The position numbers and the translations under genes are program-made. From contig MU061538.1 in NCBI GenBank assembly GCA_013265495.1, forward strand, positions 1,056,001 through 1,120,000: a stretch of 64,000 bases of DNA. Reading direction: 5' to 3'. The notes below the pieces were generated by a model. The model did no database searches. It had not been told where the DNA came from and worked only from the letters and a program-made list of their open reading frames with translations. Every line of letters starts with the position of its first letter. Position 1 is the first letter of the stretch. This DNA comes from Vicugna vicugna. Taxonomy: Eukaryota. Below, in pieces: positions 25,446 to 38,801 of this stretch.

Positions 25446-26579
25446 TAAGTGTTTGTTGCCTGAGTAGACTTGACAGAAATAGTTGTAAAGCAGCTGAATT
25501 TCCCGCCGCCGCTGCTTTGTTGGATCTTCGTACCGTACCCCCGATGACATCTCATTGCTTCATAGTCACTTCCACATATTGGAAGGTTGAGTCGTCTAAT
25601 CTAAACTTCCACCTTTTTTCCAGTTCAACGTGTTCTCCCTTTGCCCTGATCATACTTGACTGAGGCTAAGGGACCAGCGGTGGGAAGGGAGTGTGACTTA
25701 CTCAGTTTATTTTAAAATTATTTAGGCCCTCAGCAAGATGCAAGAGATACAGCAGGTAGTTCCTGTTTGTGCTTGCACCTTGACTACCCCTAAAATATAC
25801 TAGATATAATACATGGCTTAGGAGACAAGTTTATTTACATGAAACATTTAATAGAAATCAATTGCTGTGGACAATGTGTGAACTAGGAGTACTGTGGGGC
25901 TTCAGGAAGAGGGAGGCTGTGTGGCTGGAACAGTTGTGATTGGGCTGAAGGGCCCGAAGGACAGAGGGTGAGTGACAGCTGGCCCCAGGGCCCGGCTGCT
26001 CTCAGATTAAGCTGTCCTTCCTTTATGTTTTTCTGCAGTAGGTGTCAGAAGGGATTTAATGAACTTTGTGCTGATGACTTGCATTATAAGAATGTATAGA
26101 ATCTGAAAAATCTCAAGAATAAGTAATAAAGTATAATATTGTACATGACATTAATAAACTAGAAATTTGTTGTGATACTCTTGAAAAATGGAATATTTAA
26201 CCCTTGTTAAAGGTCTAAATGTTATTTTTTGTGTGTGTGTGTGAGGAAATACACTTTATCAGAATTATCTTTATCTTTATCAGAATATCTTTACTGAAGC
26301 ACAAGTTGAAAGACACGGGGCTGTTTATTATGATAGTGCTAGTAACTGTTGAAAGAGTAGATACCAGCATGTGTTTTGTATTCAAATTGTGGAGACAGAG
26401 CATTGGTAGTTTTGTCTTTTTGTTGCAATTGCAAACAGTGGAACAAGGATCATCTTTATATATACATCATTGTGTACATATGCAAATACATCTGAAAGGA
26501 ATGCTTGTAGCTGCTAGCAACAAAAATTCAATGTGTTTTTAATCAAACAGGGGTTTCTTTTTCTATAAAAAGTCTGGAG

Positions 26580-26780
26580 GAATGATGTATTGATGCATGC
26601 TGCAACATGGATGAACCTTGAAAATATTACGTTAAGTCAAAGAAGCCAGACACAAAAAGTCACGTACTGAATGATTCGCGTATGTGAAACATCCAGAACA
26701 GACAAATCCATAGAGACAGAAAGAGATTTCAGTGGTTGTGAGGGGCTGGGGCAGTGAAGGGGCAGGATATGGGGTACACA
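26580..26780 (+). mobile_element. L1M 3'UTR fragment
   Basis: gcaacatggatgaaccttgaaaatattacgttaagtcaaagaagccagacacaaaa...gacaaatccatagagacagaaag. Confidence 0.75.
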
Positions 26781-27779
26781 GGGATGTAGAGCAGTTAGTA
26801 TAATAATGCATTTATTTACTACAGCATCTCTGATACTTTTAAAAATTCATGTTTATTATTATGTATTTGGTTTGGGTTTACTTTTTCTTTCATGGTGAAT
26901 TGAGATCTTTCAAGTAAAGCAGTGTTTTATTTTTCCTTGCATATTCCATTTTAAAAAATGTGTTTTGGTGGTGTGTATTTTAGCGCATCAAGTTTATTTC
27001 CTCATTGTGGGTTAAAGCGTTGTTCACAAAGTGCCCCAACTTGTCTTAACACAGTTTGTCTTAAATTCAGCCTTGTCTGAGAGAAGAAACATGCTTGACC
27101 ATCAAGCTTTCTTTGTTGTTGGGTTCACTCTTCTCCCAATCCACTTAGGTTTCATGGCCCATCATTTCACTCACTCCTGCTAATACCCTAGACCAGTGGT
27201 TCTCAAGCAGTGGTCCAGCACTGAGGGCTAGTGTTTAAAACCCTGGAAACAGATGTGGTTACCTCTGAAGAGCTTGTGGAATAAGAGTAGATGTCTTGCT
27301 CAGCTCAGAAATCATAGTGAAAAATAACATTTAAAGGCTGGCAGGAAGAGGGAAGCTAGTGAGGGAGCCTGGGAGAACAGTGAGAGCAGGAGGAAGATTG
27401 CTGGCACGCCAGTTGCTGCTTATAGGTCAGGTGAAATCAGGAAAGTGTACCGTGGCTGTTGGGCCACCACCGCCCACTGCCGGAGCGCTCCGAGTTGGCC
27501 AGTGGGCGTGAAGCCGGACGAGCGGTCGGTGCGGTCGGCGGAGTGAGTGGTGGTGGTGAAAGGGGAGGTCTGCAGGCAGAGGCTGCAGAGGGCCCCGGAC
27601 GCCTGTCAGAATCTCAGGCCTGGGGTATCTCCTGGGGACAGCCTGCACCTGCTTCAGCGTCTGAGAGGCCGGGCTCGGGTTGTGCGGTGCCGTCAGCGCT
27701 CCTGCACTGCTTAGTCTTGGCCTGGGCTTGCCTGGAAGCCAATTCGTCTCACGTCATCGTGCCTCCCTTCTGTTGCATT

Positions 27780-29475
27780 TCTCTGCTCCCTTTGTTCTCC
27801 TGCGTGACTTACCGGTGTCTCTCCTCACCCTCCATGTGTAACTCATTTGATGAACTTGGCTTCCCTGTCACGGAGAAAATAGAAGCCGTGGAAAGAGAGT
27901 GTCTTTGTGCTTCCGGCACCATCTACTCACCCACTGCAGTTGAGCCGCGGTCTCTTGTCTCCTGCTCTTCCTCCTTCTTTTCACTATGGATACGTTTTTA
28001 TATGTAGCCCCTCAACTTGATCACATTTCTTGAGCAGTTCTCCCCTTTCTTTCTTGTAAGAGTGAGTAAATACTGGGCTATTCCTACAACTGTGTAACTT
28101 CTCTTCTTAAAAAGAAAAACCTCTCAACAGTCTCCTTCACATGTCCTTTGTTTCCCTTTATCATAAAACTCCTGGAAAGAACTGTTTACTTTCATTTTGT
28201 TTGCAGTTTTTCTCCTCTCTTCATCCACTCCGGTCAAGGTTTTGCCTCCACTCTTCCAGAGAAACGGCTCTTGTCCGTGTCCCGACAACCTCTGCGTGGC
28301 TAAATCCAGCTGTCAGTTCTCAGTCCTCATCTTGCTCGGCCTGTCACCACGTTTGACACGGTTGACAAGTCCCTTTTCCTGAGTGGACTGTCTTCACTTG
28401 GCTTTCAGCCCGCTGATCTCTTGTTTGCCTGCTGCTTCTCAGTCAGCTGCTGCTGACTCCCATCGCCGTGGCTTCTCAGTGTCTGAGAGCCCAGGTCTCT
28501 GCTCTCAGGCTTCTCTTCTCTGGCTCTGCCACTACCGAGGATGGACGTCTCACCTGGGCTCAGGGTGCCGTCCGTCTGCGGAGGGGCCTCTCGCCCTCGC
28601 CTGGCTCCTTCCCCTGAACTGTACTGAGTGTGACGTCCAGCTGCCCATTCAGCCTTCCATCTGAGTGAATAATAACTGTTTCAAATTCAATATGTAAACT
28701 CTCCTTCTTATTTCTACCCCAAAACTACTCCTCTGTAATCCTTCATGACTCAGGAAGAGGCAACTCTGTCTTTCCAGTTTCTCGTGCCAAGAACCTTACG
28801 TTTATCCCTGCAGGCCCTGTCAAGTCTGCTTTCAAAACATTCCCAGAACTTAACACCTCCACTGCCCAGGTCTGAGTTACCTCTCCTCTAGATGATTGCA
28901 GTCACCCCTAACTGCTCTCCCCACTTCTGTCGTTTCCCCTTTCTAGTTTATTTCCACACTGCAGCTAGAGTGAGCCTTTTGCAATATGTCAGATCATATC
29001 ACTCCTCTGCTCAGAGTCCGACAGTGGGTTTCCATCCCACTCCAGGTGAGAACCAACTACACCTGTGAGAACCCACACGTACTACAAACTCCCGCGTGAC
29101 CTCATCTCTTACTTCTGCCCCCTGGTTGTTGGAACCCAGCAGAGCCTTCCCTGTCTCAGACCCCTGGCACCGCAGTTCCCTCTGCCCTGAACACTCCCTC
29201 CACATGCTGAATGTCTTGCTCTCTCTTTCCCCACGACTCTTTCCTTAGAGGTCACCCCGTCAGCGAGGCGTGGCCTCCTCGCCCTTGCGGGCACTCCCTA
29301 CTCCCCTAGGCCCTCGCTGTCAGCTGACACGCTGAATGCTTATTTATCTGTTTTCTTGCTGGAATGTGAGCTCAGTGAGGCAGGAACCTTTCATTTACTC
29401 CTGTGTCCTCAGTTCTTGGAGAAGCGGTTGGTATACAGTAAGCGCACAGTAAATAACTGTTGAGAGAATGAATCC
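27780..29475 (+). mobile_element. LINE-2 relic
   Basis: C/T-rich L2 body (taaatccagctgtcagttctcagtcctcatcttgct; ttcaaattcaatatgt) ending cagtaagcgcacagtaaataactgttgagagaatgaat. Confidence 0.7.
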
Positions 29476-30702
29476 CAACAACCTCTGTCATAAGTGTTAA
29501 TTCCCTATTCATCTGACCGCCCTGACTTTCACCTCGTAATTCACTGTGTTTCTGCCCGGTCACTGCTCTTTCCATTGCTCTTTCGGCCCCCGCAAGCTTG
29601 CACTGCATTGTCACGTTACATTGTAACAGTTCCCCGGATCCTCAGCATCTTTTAGAAGACTGCCGCTGTTTTCCTTTTTTCACCAATGACTGGCTTTCCC
29701 TTTGACCCGTCTCCCACACTCCAGGGGCTTGGGGAGGAGGGGCTGATGGTGTGGACGTTCTCCCGTCTGCCCGGAGCTCCTTCCAGGCTCTCAGCAGCAG
29801 GCTGTCTTCGACGCTCTTCTCTTTCCCTTTCTGGCTGCTCTCCCACGTGTCTGGGGAACACTTTCATAGTCTTCCTCCTCCTCCTCATTTTGTCACTTTC
29901 TAGACGGCAGCGTACAGTGGATATTCACCGCCTAGGCCGAGGTCATTCTCAGTCACACGGCCGCCCACCCTTCAGAAATCCACACGTAGGGATGATCCCT
30001 AGGCTTACCATCACCTGGAATGATCTCCCCTGAGAGTCTTCAAAGTACTTTCACCACGAGCCACAGCTCCACTACGCCTTTACTTCAGGCATGCTGGGTC
30101 TGTGACTGTAGTGAGGTCTCCCATTCCTTCATCCATCCTTTTTGCCTGCCATCCCCTAGATCTTATAGAAAGTAAAAGGGAATTAATATTTTAAAAAAAT
30201 CTCTTGTTTAACTGCTGTTTATTTTGATAGTGATTTATTTATTGAATAATCCCCTCCACTTTGATTTGTGAAACCTCTTGTATGTATAACTATATTATAT
30301 AAATTTTTATATAATAGACTCTGTCGTTGATCTGCCAAGTTTTGGTTCCAGCACACTCTTTAAATGTTCTTGAAGCTTTAAGGTATGTTTTCATATTTGG
30401 TAAGCTCGGAGCCTCATTGACTTTATTTTTCAGATTTGTTGGTGATAGTTTGGTTCTTTATACTTCCACATGATTTTGAAAACAACTTGGTCAAGTTTTG
30501 AAAAGAAAATGTCCATTGGACTTTTTTTCTGGAATGGTATTAAACTGGGCTGACTAGTTTGTATCAAAATTTTTATTAGCTAAAATTTTTAACTTTATAA
30601 TAAGTTAAATCCATTTTTACAAATATCAAAGATGTATCTTCTGTTACTGAAGAAAAGATGTGCAGGAACTGTAAATGATCTCTTACATTTGTTTTGTTTC
30701 AG

Positions 30703-30775
30703 ATCTGTTTCCTTCTTTTTGCCATTCTCTACATTGTCTCCTACTTCATCATCAGAAGATACAAGAGAAAGTCAG
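30703..30775 (+). CDS. LMBR1: LMBR1 coding exon 2
   Basis: Acceptor tttgttttgtttcag|ATC. 73 nt encoding ICFLLFAILYIVSYFIIRRYKRKS (first TM helix) plus G. Donor TCAG|gtaagc. In frame with exon 1. Confidence 0.97.
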
Positions 30776-32784
30776 GTAAGCAGAAACACTGTAATTAATT
30801 AGCTTTAATAGCTTCGATTCTTAAGCCATGGGGTCAAGGCATAGTCCGTGGCTATACGATGCCTGTCAGCGTGGTGCTGTATTCAGAGTGCCTGTGACTG
30901 AAGCAAGCAGTTGCCTGGTACTAAGAACATTAAAGATCATCTCCAGGGAATCTGACTGCTCACAGTGTCATCCTCTTAGACCTGAGCCCTTGTTTATCAT
31001 CATCCTTCTGTTCGACTAAGAATAGTGTAAGACTGTTCAGGATCTGGGAAGTTCTAGAGTTTATGAGGATATATGGTTCCTTGTGGCTGGTTCTCAATGT
31101 GAACATAATCACCCCTCATCACCCCCATCCCATTCTTTCTCTGACTACCAGAATATCTTTCCTTCTTCTGAAGGAGTGTAGAATTTAGTCTTCATAACAT
31201 CCTTTAGCACTCAGTTATATATTACCTTGTTTTATCCTTTTATTTTGTATGTACCTTTATTTCACAAGAGGGACCACTATATCTTTATTCTTTTTTTTTA
31301 ATGATCTTTGTGCTGATTAATTCACAGATTTTTGTGTCAGTTTTATAAGTAAATAAGCAGTTGCTTTACTGACTTCTGTTAAATTTTGGAAATCACAGGG
31401 TTTCCACCTGTGATGCTGGGCTAATAGGCGATGCCATGTGAATACTTGAGGATTCCATTTATTAAAATTCCTTATGTTATCATACTAAACTTCTCAGAAT
31501 TTTGAAAGCAGTCAGGCAGTAGTGCTTGCTCTAGGGCACTGCTTGGCTCTATGACTGCACTGAAATACTCCTTGGATTCTACAGTCATTTTTAAAGATGT
31601 TTTGGCATCAGGTTTCATAGATTATGGATACAGAAGGGGGAAGAGATAGAGAATGAATGAATCATGTGCTGTTTTAGGGGGAATTAGGGGATGTTGAGCA
31701 GGAAAATAGGAGATTTATTAGCTGCTTTTTGAGTAACCATGGGGAGGGTGTAGTGAGGACCCTGGACCTGGTTGGTAAAGTGTTGGCAATAGAATTGGAA
31801 TAGATATGAAGCTATTAAGACATTTTCAAGATATGATGGTTAACTGGTTGTGGGTACAACAGTATAAAAATGAATTTTTTTTGTGGTTTCTGGTTTTAAA
31901 ACTATTTTGGGCAGCCAATTATTAAGAATGGAGATTGGACTAAGAGAATGGCCCAAATATGCCTTTGTTACTGAAGTGGGTGGGCACTCAGAATTCCAGA
32001 GAGCTGCACAGAGCCTCTGAGGGCAACCTCAGTTAGGTACTGAGGAGAAGGAGAGCCAGGGGGTGTTGTGCAATATTTTTGTAATTGGATCATAGTTTCT
32101 TTTGTCGGTAAGATTATGTGAGAGAATAAACAAGATGGCCAACAACCAGGAGAGAGGAAAAGGGTAGGTTGAGAAACACTGGAGCAAGGGCCACCTGCTA
32201 CTTAAAGAAGACACAAAACATGATGAATTTCTGTCTGTAACTTGAATGAAATGATGGTGTATTAAGGCAGTGGTATCTAAGGTGGTTTAGGATGGTCCAA
32301 GAGAATCCTCGTTATTACTAACGATAAACTCAAATTACAGCAAAGTACATGAGTTCTAAGGTTCTGAATTTTAATTTTATACAAAAAAAATTTTTTTTGC
32401 TCTTATCAACCAGAAAATTTCATTCATGAGCAATTTCACTGACATTGTATAATACTAAATATACCATGATAGTGGTTCTAAGATTCTACTGAGTTTTGTT
32501 TTCTTGAGCACTAAATATTTGAAAATATTTAATTTACGTATGGAAGTTTTGTTAATCAGGATTTTTGATCAATCATAGCACTCTGTTCTCTAACCATATT
32601 CTTTCCTTTCTGATTTAATGAGATTTAGATTTGGATCTGTGCTGAAATAAACATAGTGCATTTTGAAAATCATTTCTATTCAGTAATTGCTTCTTTGAGT
32701 TTATATTTTTGTTCTTTTTTTATTAAATTAATGAAACATTTTGTTGGAAGGTAAAAGAATATTAATACTTGAACATTTTTGCAG

Positions 32785-32824
32785 ATGAACAAGAAGATGA
32801 AGATGCCATAGTCAACAGGATTTC
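32785..32824 (+). CDS. LMBR1: LMBR1 coding exon 3
   Basis: Acceptor catttttgcag|AT. 40 nt encoding (D)EQEDEDAIVNRI(S). Donor TTC|gtatgt. Phases match exons 2 and 4. Confidence 0.96.
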
Positions 32825-33546
32825 GTATGTATTTTAATATTCAATTGTTCTGTTTCTAATTCTGAAGTCATAAATTTTCAAAATTTAATTCTATCTTTTG
32901 GGCAGAAATATGGAAAAAATTCACCCAAAGTATTACAACACCCTTGTTAATATTAATTAATCCTATCCTCAGAAAGCACATATAAGCAAATATACATGGG
33001 TAATTGAGGATTAATTATCTTTTGTTAAAATTTGCTTATTTTAGTAGCCAACAGATTTTTTATCTTCTGAAGATTTAACTAGGAAATGGGCTTAAGGTTG
33101 GGAAAATTGCTGGGCCATGAGAAAGCAAGCTCTTGGCTGTCTGAGTGATCTTGGAACAGGGAGCAGACATCTCTTCTGGTCACTTGAACATTTACCTTCT
33201 GTGAGCAGACACATGGTCCCAGCTCGTCCTTTTACATTCCTTATAGCTCTCTTTCTGCTTCTGTATGCTGCTCATATAGGACAGAAATACCCTTGAATAA
33301 AGTTTTTGAGGTATCAAACTGGATGGAAGGCAGTGAATTCCTTTCTATCATATTTTGCTCAATTAAATTTGAAATTACACAGATACACCTACACAGGAAA
33401 GTATCTGTATTCCAGGAAATTTTTTTATTGATGCTTTAAAACTTTTTTGAAATAAAATAGTTCCAAATTTATAGAAGAGTTAGAAATATAATACAGAATT
33501 TTTTTCCCCTGAACTGTTTGAGAAGTTGCTGACTTGATGCTCTGAA

Positions 33547-33872
33547 CAGTTGACCTGCAGCTGCAGATTTGACCAACTACAGATTGAAAATATTTGGGGA
33601 AAAAAAATCCCAGAAATTTTCATAAAAGAAAACTTGAATTTGCCATGCATTGGCAACTATTTACATGTAAATAGTTTTTTTTTTTATATAACATCTTTAT
33701 TGTGTTAGGTAATCTAGAGATGACCTGAAGTCAGATGAGAGGACATGCATAGGTTATATGCAGACACCCCGCCTTTTATATGAGAGACTGGAGCATCTGT
33801 GGATTTTGGTGTGTGTGGGTTGTGAGGGCAGTGTTCTAGGAGCAGTCTCCTACGGATACCGGGGGATGACTG
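33547..33872. mobile_element. TcMar-Tigger DNA transposon relic (MER2/Tigger3-like) inside an old L1 fragment
   Basis: Begins CAGTTGACC and ends GGATACCGGGGGATGACTG (Tigger-type TIR). Internal cataggttatatgcagacac...gactggagcatctgtggattttggt. Confidence 0.7.
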
Positions 33873-34257
33873 CGGTTCCTGTATGTGGTGCGTTCTCCCA
33901 TAGATCTGCCACACGCCCAGGAAAACAGATTAACACCAGCGCAGTACCAGTCACACCCCATTCCAGTGTACCAGTTGTCCCAATAATGTTCTTTGCAGTG
34001 AAAAGGTCCAGTTCAGAATCACACACTGCAGGCAGTCATGCCCTTTAGTTGCCTGCAGACTGAACCGCTTCTGCAGTGTCTCCTTGACTTCCCTGACCTT
34101 GATGCTTCTGCAGATCACAGACCAGTTACTTGGGTTTGTCTGTTGTTTCTTCATGGTTAGTATAAGATGATGCATCTGCTGCTGAGGCATGGAGGAGAGG
34201 AGGGGAGGAGAAGGGGGGAGGGAGAGAGACTGCACACGTGCACTTTCTCAGGCACTG

Positions 34258-34620
34258 GACTGTTACTCAGCCATAAAAAGGCATGACGCACTGGCACAGG
34301 CTACAGCATAAGGAGCCTCAGACCATTGTGCCGAATGAAGGAAGCCAGACACGGAGGCCACAGGGTGCACGACTCCGTTCATGAGAAACATCCAGAATAG
34401 GAACATCCACCGAAAGCAGCTCGGTGGTTACCAGGGGCTGCAGTGGGGAGACAGTGGGGAGCAGCTGCTTGATGGGTGGGGGCTTTGTTTTGGGGTGAAG
34501 ACAGTGTTCTGGAACGAGAACGGGGGCTTGCACGATACTGTCAGTGCATTAAATGCCACTGAATTGCTCACTTTAAAATGGTTAATTTTGTTATGTAAAT
34601 TTTACCTCAATAAATAAATG
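34258..34620 (+). mobile_element. L1MB-type 3' end
   Basis: ttactcagccataaaaagg...taaatgccactgaattgctcactttaaaatggttaattttgttatgtaaattttacctcaataaa. Confidence 0.8.
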
Positions 34621-36934
34621 AATACTTTCAACTGATAAAAGACTTTAATAGGGCTGATCTGATTGATAACTGAAAAATGAATACAAATGGACCCCGCTTT
34701 ACTAGATTTGGTCATTTAAATTATTTTAAATGCCCTAGGAAAAATGACTGTAACTTCACTTTGGGAATTCCATTGGGAATTATGACTGTAACTTAGGCCC
34801 ATAGCTTGATGATTTAAATTTATAGGATTAGGGGGTCTTAGTTTTATTCCTGGCACCATGACGTTGTGAAAAATTCTTAAGTGAATTATCATTTTTTTCT
34901 AAATTACTCCTCCTATGAAGACAGAATAATTCACTGCACTTCCCTCAACAAGCCGCACGAGTCAGCCTGACTGAAGGGCAGATGTTAACATGTGCCCCAG
35001 TGCAGTCCTCCGGGTGTGACGTACCTGTGAGGTACGCGCCCCTCTCCTCTCCTTTTAGTCTGGGTTCCACTCTTGGTGGTAAATCTGTTCTACTGTGTTT
35101 GTAAATCAGGAATTTATAAAAAGACAAGAACACACCACTTTGGCCTTTACCTTTGTGGTGTATTTTATGAAAGTACGGCTGTTTCCTTGCTTGGGGGCGG
35201 CCTTACCTGCTTTGCCACAGCACTGGGGTGGCCTGTCGGAGGGGTTTGGGTTTCCCCAGCAGCTGGTTTCCGCATTGCAGTGACGCACACAGATGTCCTC
35301 TTCCCAAAGGCAGATGTGTGTGCCCTTCTAAGGTCAGGAAGGGAAGCATGGAGGAGAAGTCATCTGAGAGGGTGGATCTGACCTCTCCTGCCCCTAGGTC
35401 ACCCCACCTGTGACCTCTTTTGTCTTTCACTGCCTTTTTTCCTTTCTGGGGGGGAATGAATGAGAACTGAAGACTTAGGGAGATCTGGGTTCAAATTCTG
35501 AACTCAAGATTAACCAGGGTCCAGATGACTCAGAGAGAGCCATCTTCTCCACATGTGAGCTAGAACCTCCCCCTGCTCTGTGCTGCTGAGTTGATTACAT
35601 GGAGAAGAAAGTTAACTAGGGGCAGTGCTTGGCATGTAGTCGGTGGGAGCTCAGGGTGGCTGTCCTTCTCCTCCACCCTCTTTCTTGCCTTACCTCCTTC
35701 CGCTGAAGAGCAAGAAGCAGAATGAGAGATTGTGCTTAACTGAGGAGGGAAAAAGTGCAAGTCCTCAGTCTTCCAGAAGAGTTCAGGCAAGTTCCGCAGT
35801 GTAGGCAATTGCTGGCACCGCCCGGCCACTTGGGAGAGGGGTTCTCCATGACTTACTCAAGCGCCCGCGTCAAACTGAGAAGTCTCCTTTGGCCTTCCTC
35901 ACCTCCCTTTGAGAACCCACCTTCACCTTCTCTTTTGCTTCCTGAATGCCTTCATTCTGTCCACTACTCATGCCCCCAGATTAACTCTCTCTGTCCTTTT
36001 CAACTCCCAAGTTACATTTTCTCTCAAGTTGGATTTGATTTAGATTAAAATGATTAATAGAAAAGCAGCACCTAACTGGTGAGGGGTTTGGAGGATGGCT
36101 TGTGAGGCCAGGTGGGTGAGGAGGGTTTCCACGTGGGAGGGAGGCCTGGCACGGGGGTCAGAGCCCGAGGGAGTGGCCTGGTGTTTACTCTTAGGATCTG
36201 AGAGGAGGAGAGAGGTTTCCTGCAGAGGGAAATCCTGGCATGGATGTCACTCCACGGAGGTGGAGAGGGGCACCCACACGTGTTGGAGAGTGCTCTGTCA
36301 CAGGGAGAGCCCACGCAGGGTGGGGAGGGTGCCCATGTGGGATGACAGAGCCCAAGGAGACTGAGGAGGGTGTTGCCAGAGGGGTGGCACCTTGACCGGT
36401 GAGCAGAGACCATGACCAGTAATGGGGCATTCAGGACTCGTGGGGTACCTGGCAGCCTGCAGAGAGGAGGACGAAGTGCGGCTTCTGTGACTTCCTGCCT
36501 CGTGGACCTGCCAGGCTCCACAAATCCAGGCGGGGTCCCTTGTTTCCCTCACCAGCCTGCTCGGGCTGCAGCCTTTTCTGTCACAGCTCCCAGTTTCAGT
36601 TGGGAGAGAGTCTGTCATCCTCAGCCCCTCTCTTACCCTGCGCCAGGAAGTCCTGTTGGCTCTGTCCTCAGAATCTGCTCTGTTTCAGAAGGTAACATTT
36701 CTGAAACTGCCTTTCAGTTCTGAGGCTCACTTTTCCGAGGTTGTGTAAGCGATGACCAGAGCTGCCCTTCTCCAACCTGACCCAGTTGAAGACCCCTTGC
36801 CAGCTTTTATCTCTGTCCTGTCAACCTTGTACGGATAGCTCTCCTCACAGCCACTCATTTTTGTATCCCTAAGGCCAGTCACAATACCCAAAGTGCAGTA
36901 GCTCTACAAGGTTTTTTTCTCCCTCTGCATTTTC

Positions 36935-37060
36935 ATTTGGATGGGGGGTGGTAAATAGTTTTATTTATTTATTTTTGATTTTAGAAGAGGTACTGGGGCT
37001 TGAACCCAGGACCTCGTGCATGCTAAGCACGCACTCTGCCACTGGAGTTATCCCCCCCCC
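36935..37060 (-). mobile_element. tRNA-derived SINE (camelid Vic-1 type)
   Basis: GAGGTACTGGGGCTTGAACCCAGGACCTCGTGCATGCTAAGCACGCACTCTGCCACT is the reverse complement of the same SINE head. Confidence 0.8.
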
Positions 37061-37820
37061 AACTTTTTTGTTGAACGAGCCAATTCTATAGTTACAGTGA
37101 CATCCATTCAGGCTTTTCTGGATCACTTGTGATCTCTTTGCCCTCATAAGCTTACCCCTTGGTCAGATTACACACAGATCCAGGTTTTAGATTTGGGAGC
37201 CATGGTTGGCCTTCACTGCTGGGTGTTTGGTCAGTGTCATGAGAGCCAGGAGGAGAGGGACTGACTTCACGGAGAGGAGAGAGAAGGGAGACGCTGAGGA
37301 GTGCTTCCCGGGGCAGATGGCGCACGTGACACCCCAGGGAGAGAGCCGCCGGGCTGGGGGCACGGGGCTGTAACGCCCACCTGGGGCGCAAGGAGGTTAG
37401 GCGAGCCTAACTGTAGCGGGGAGCCGTCGCGGCGAGAGGAGCCTGGGCGGGCGAGTTGGGACAGCTGCGCAGGGCCTGGGGGGCGATGGTGTATTTGATC
37501 TTAATTTCAGTGTTGGAAGAAGGAAGGAATGGTAGCGATGAGGATGCCTTCCTCACGTGACTTGTGAGGGCAGAAATGGTCGCTTGAGGTTGCTGGTGGG
37601 TGCATACTGGAGCTGGCAGTGGGCCCGAGACGAAGGTGTTTTTCTCGGGAAATGTGTTGTCCATTCAGCAAATCCAGCTTGTGGGACTTCGCCTCTGTCT
37701 GAACTGAATTGTGTTTTTGGTGTTTATCGTGTGGTCTACGTTAAAAAGTTTATCTGTGATATACTGTACAGAGGTTTCATGGTTATTTTTGGCTGTTAAG
37801 TAGGAAAACACTTCTGTTGG

Positions 37821-37839
37821 TGGCCACAAGGTGGCACTG
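37821..37839 (+). promoter_or_regulatory. Candidate CTCF site, intron 3
   Basis: TGGCCACAAGGTGGCACTG is a close match to the CTCF core TGGCCACCAGGGGGCGCTA. It lies ~820 bp upstream of exon 4. Confidence 0.7.
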
Positions 37840-38661
37840 GCTTCACAGTTACTCTGTTAGATGTGCGTTTTGAGTGTTCAGTATTCTTTTTTTTCTTGTA
37901 TTTTCTTACATGTATTTTCATATTCTTTCTACATTAAATATATGGAATGGGTATTAAAGTTTCATCTCTGTTGTTGGTGAAGTTCTCTTTTACTTTGCTA
38001 TTTTAGTCTTTTGAAAAACCTTTAAAAAATTTATATAAAATTTTAAACATTTCAGACACACAACTGAGAAAGAAAACCCCTATATAATCTCCCTCTCCTT
38101 TGGGTTATTACATATGATGCTAGATTTTTTTATGTACCTCTATTTTCCTGTGTGTAAATATGCATTTTTGGGGGGAGGGTGCAAGGGGAGAGTATGTTTT
38201 ATATTTTTTGTCCATGCTTTTCTTCATTTTGGGGGGGCTTAATTTCTTTTAGACATGTTTCCATATTAGTAAATGCTAGATATTATTTTTAAAAACGGCA
38301 AAATTGTTTTAAAAATGTTGTTTAAAATATAATTCTGTTGAATAGTTCCCTGCAGTTTACTAGTATAATTTATTTAACATTTACCCATTTTAAGAGGTAG
38401 TACACCAATGGTTTTGTAAGTTTTTTCTTCCTGAAATAATCATTTTAAATTAATTTGTTTCTCATCCTGTTTTCCTAGTATTTTTTTCACCTGAAACAGT
38501 TGTTGCATTGCTGTTAGCCTATATTGCCAAAGTTGTTAATTAGTGCATACGAAATTCTTTTTGGATTTAAACATGTGAGAGCTTGGAGTCTACTCTTTGA
38601 GTTGCTCCCACAGTCCTTGCTGTTTCCGATCGCTGGTGACCATGACTCTCTTCTCTTCCAG

Positions 38662-38801
38662 GTTGTTTCTGAGCACGTTCACTCTAGCAGTTTCGGCTGG
38701 GGCTGTTTTGCTTTTGCCCTTCTCAATAATCAGCAATGAAATCCTGCTTGCTTTTCCTCAGAACTACTATATTCAGTGGCTAAACGGCTCCCTGATTCAT
38801 G
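38662..38801 (+). CDS. LMBR1: LMBR1 coding exon 4
   Basis: Acceptor ctctcttctcttccag|G. 140 nt encoding LFLSTFTLAVSAGAVLLLPFSIISNEILLAFPQNYYIQWLNGSLIH(G), visible in ORF 38597..38806. Donor CATG|gttagt. Confidence 0.97.

Noticed and set aside
32825..32835. Exon 3 donor GTATGT as a possible U12-type intron
   Set aside because: It lacks the GTATCCTT consensus and is an ordinary U2 donor.
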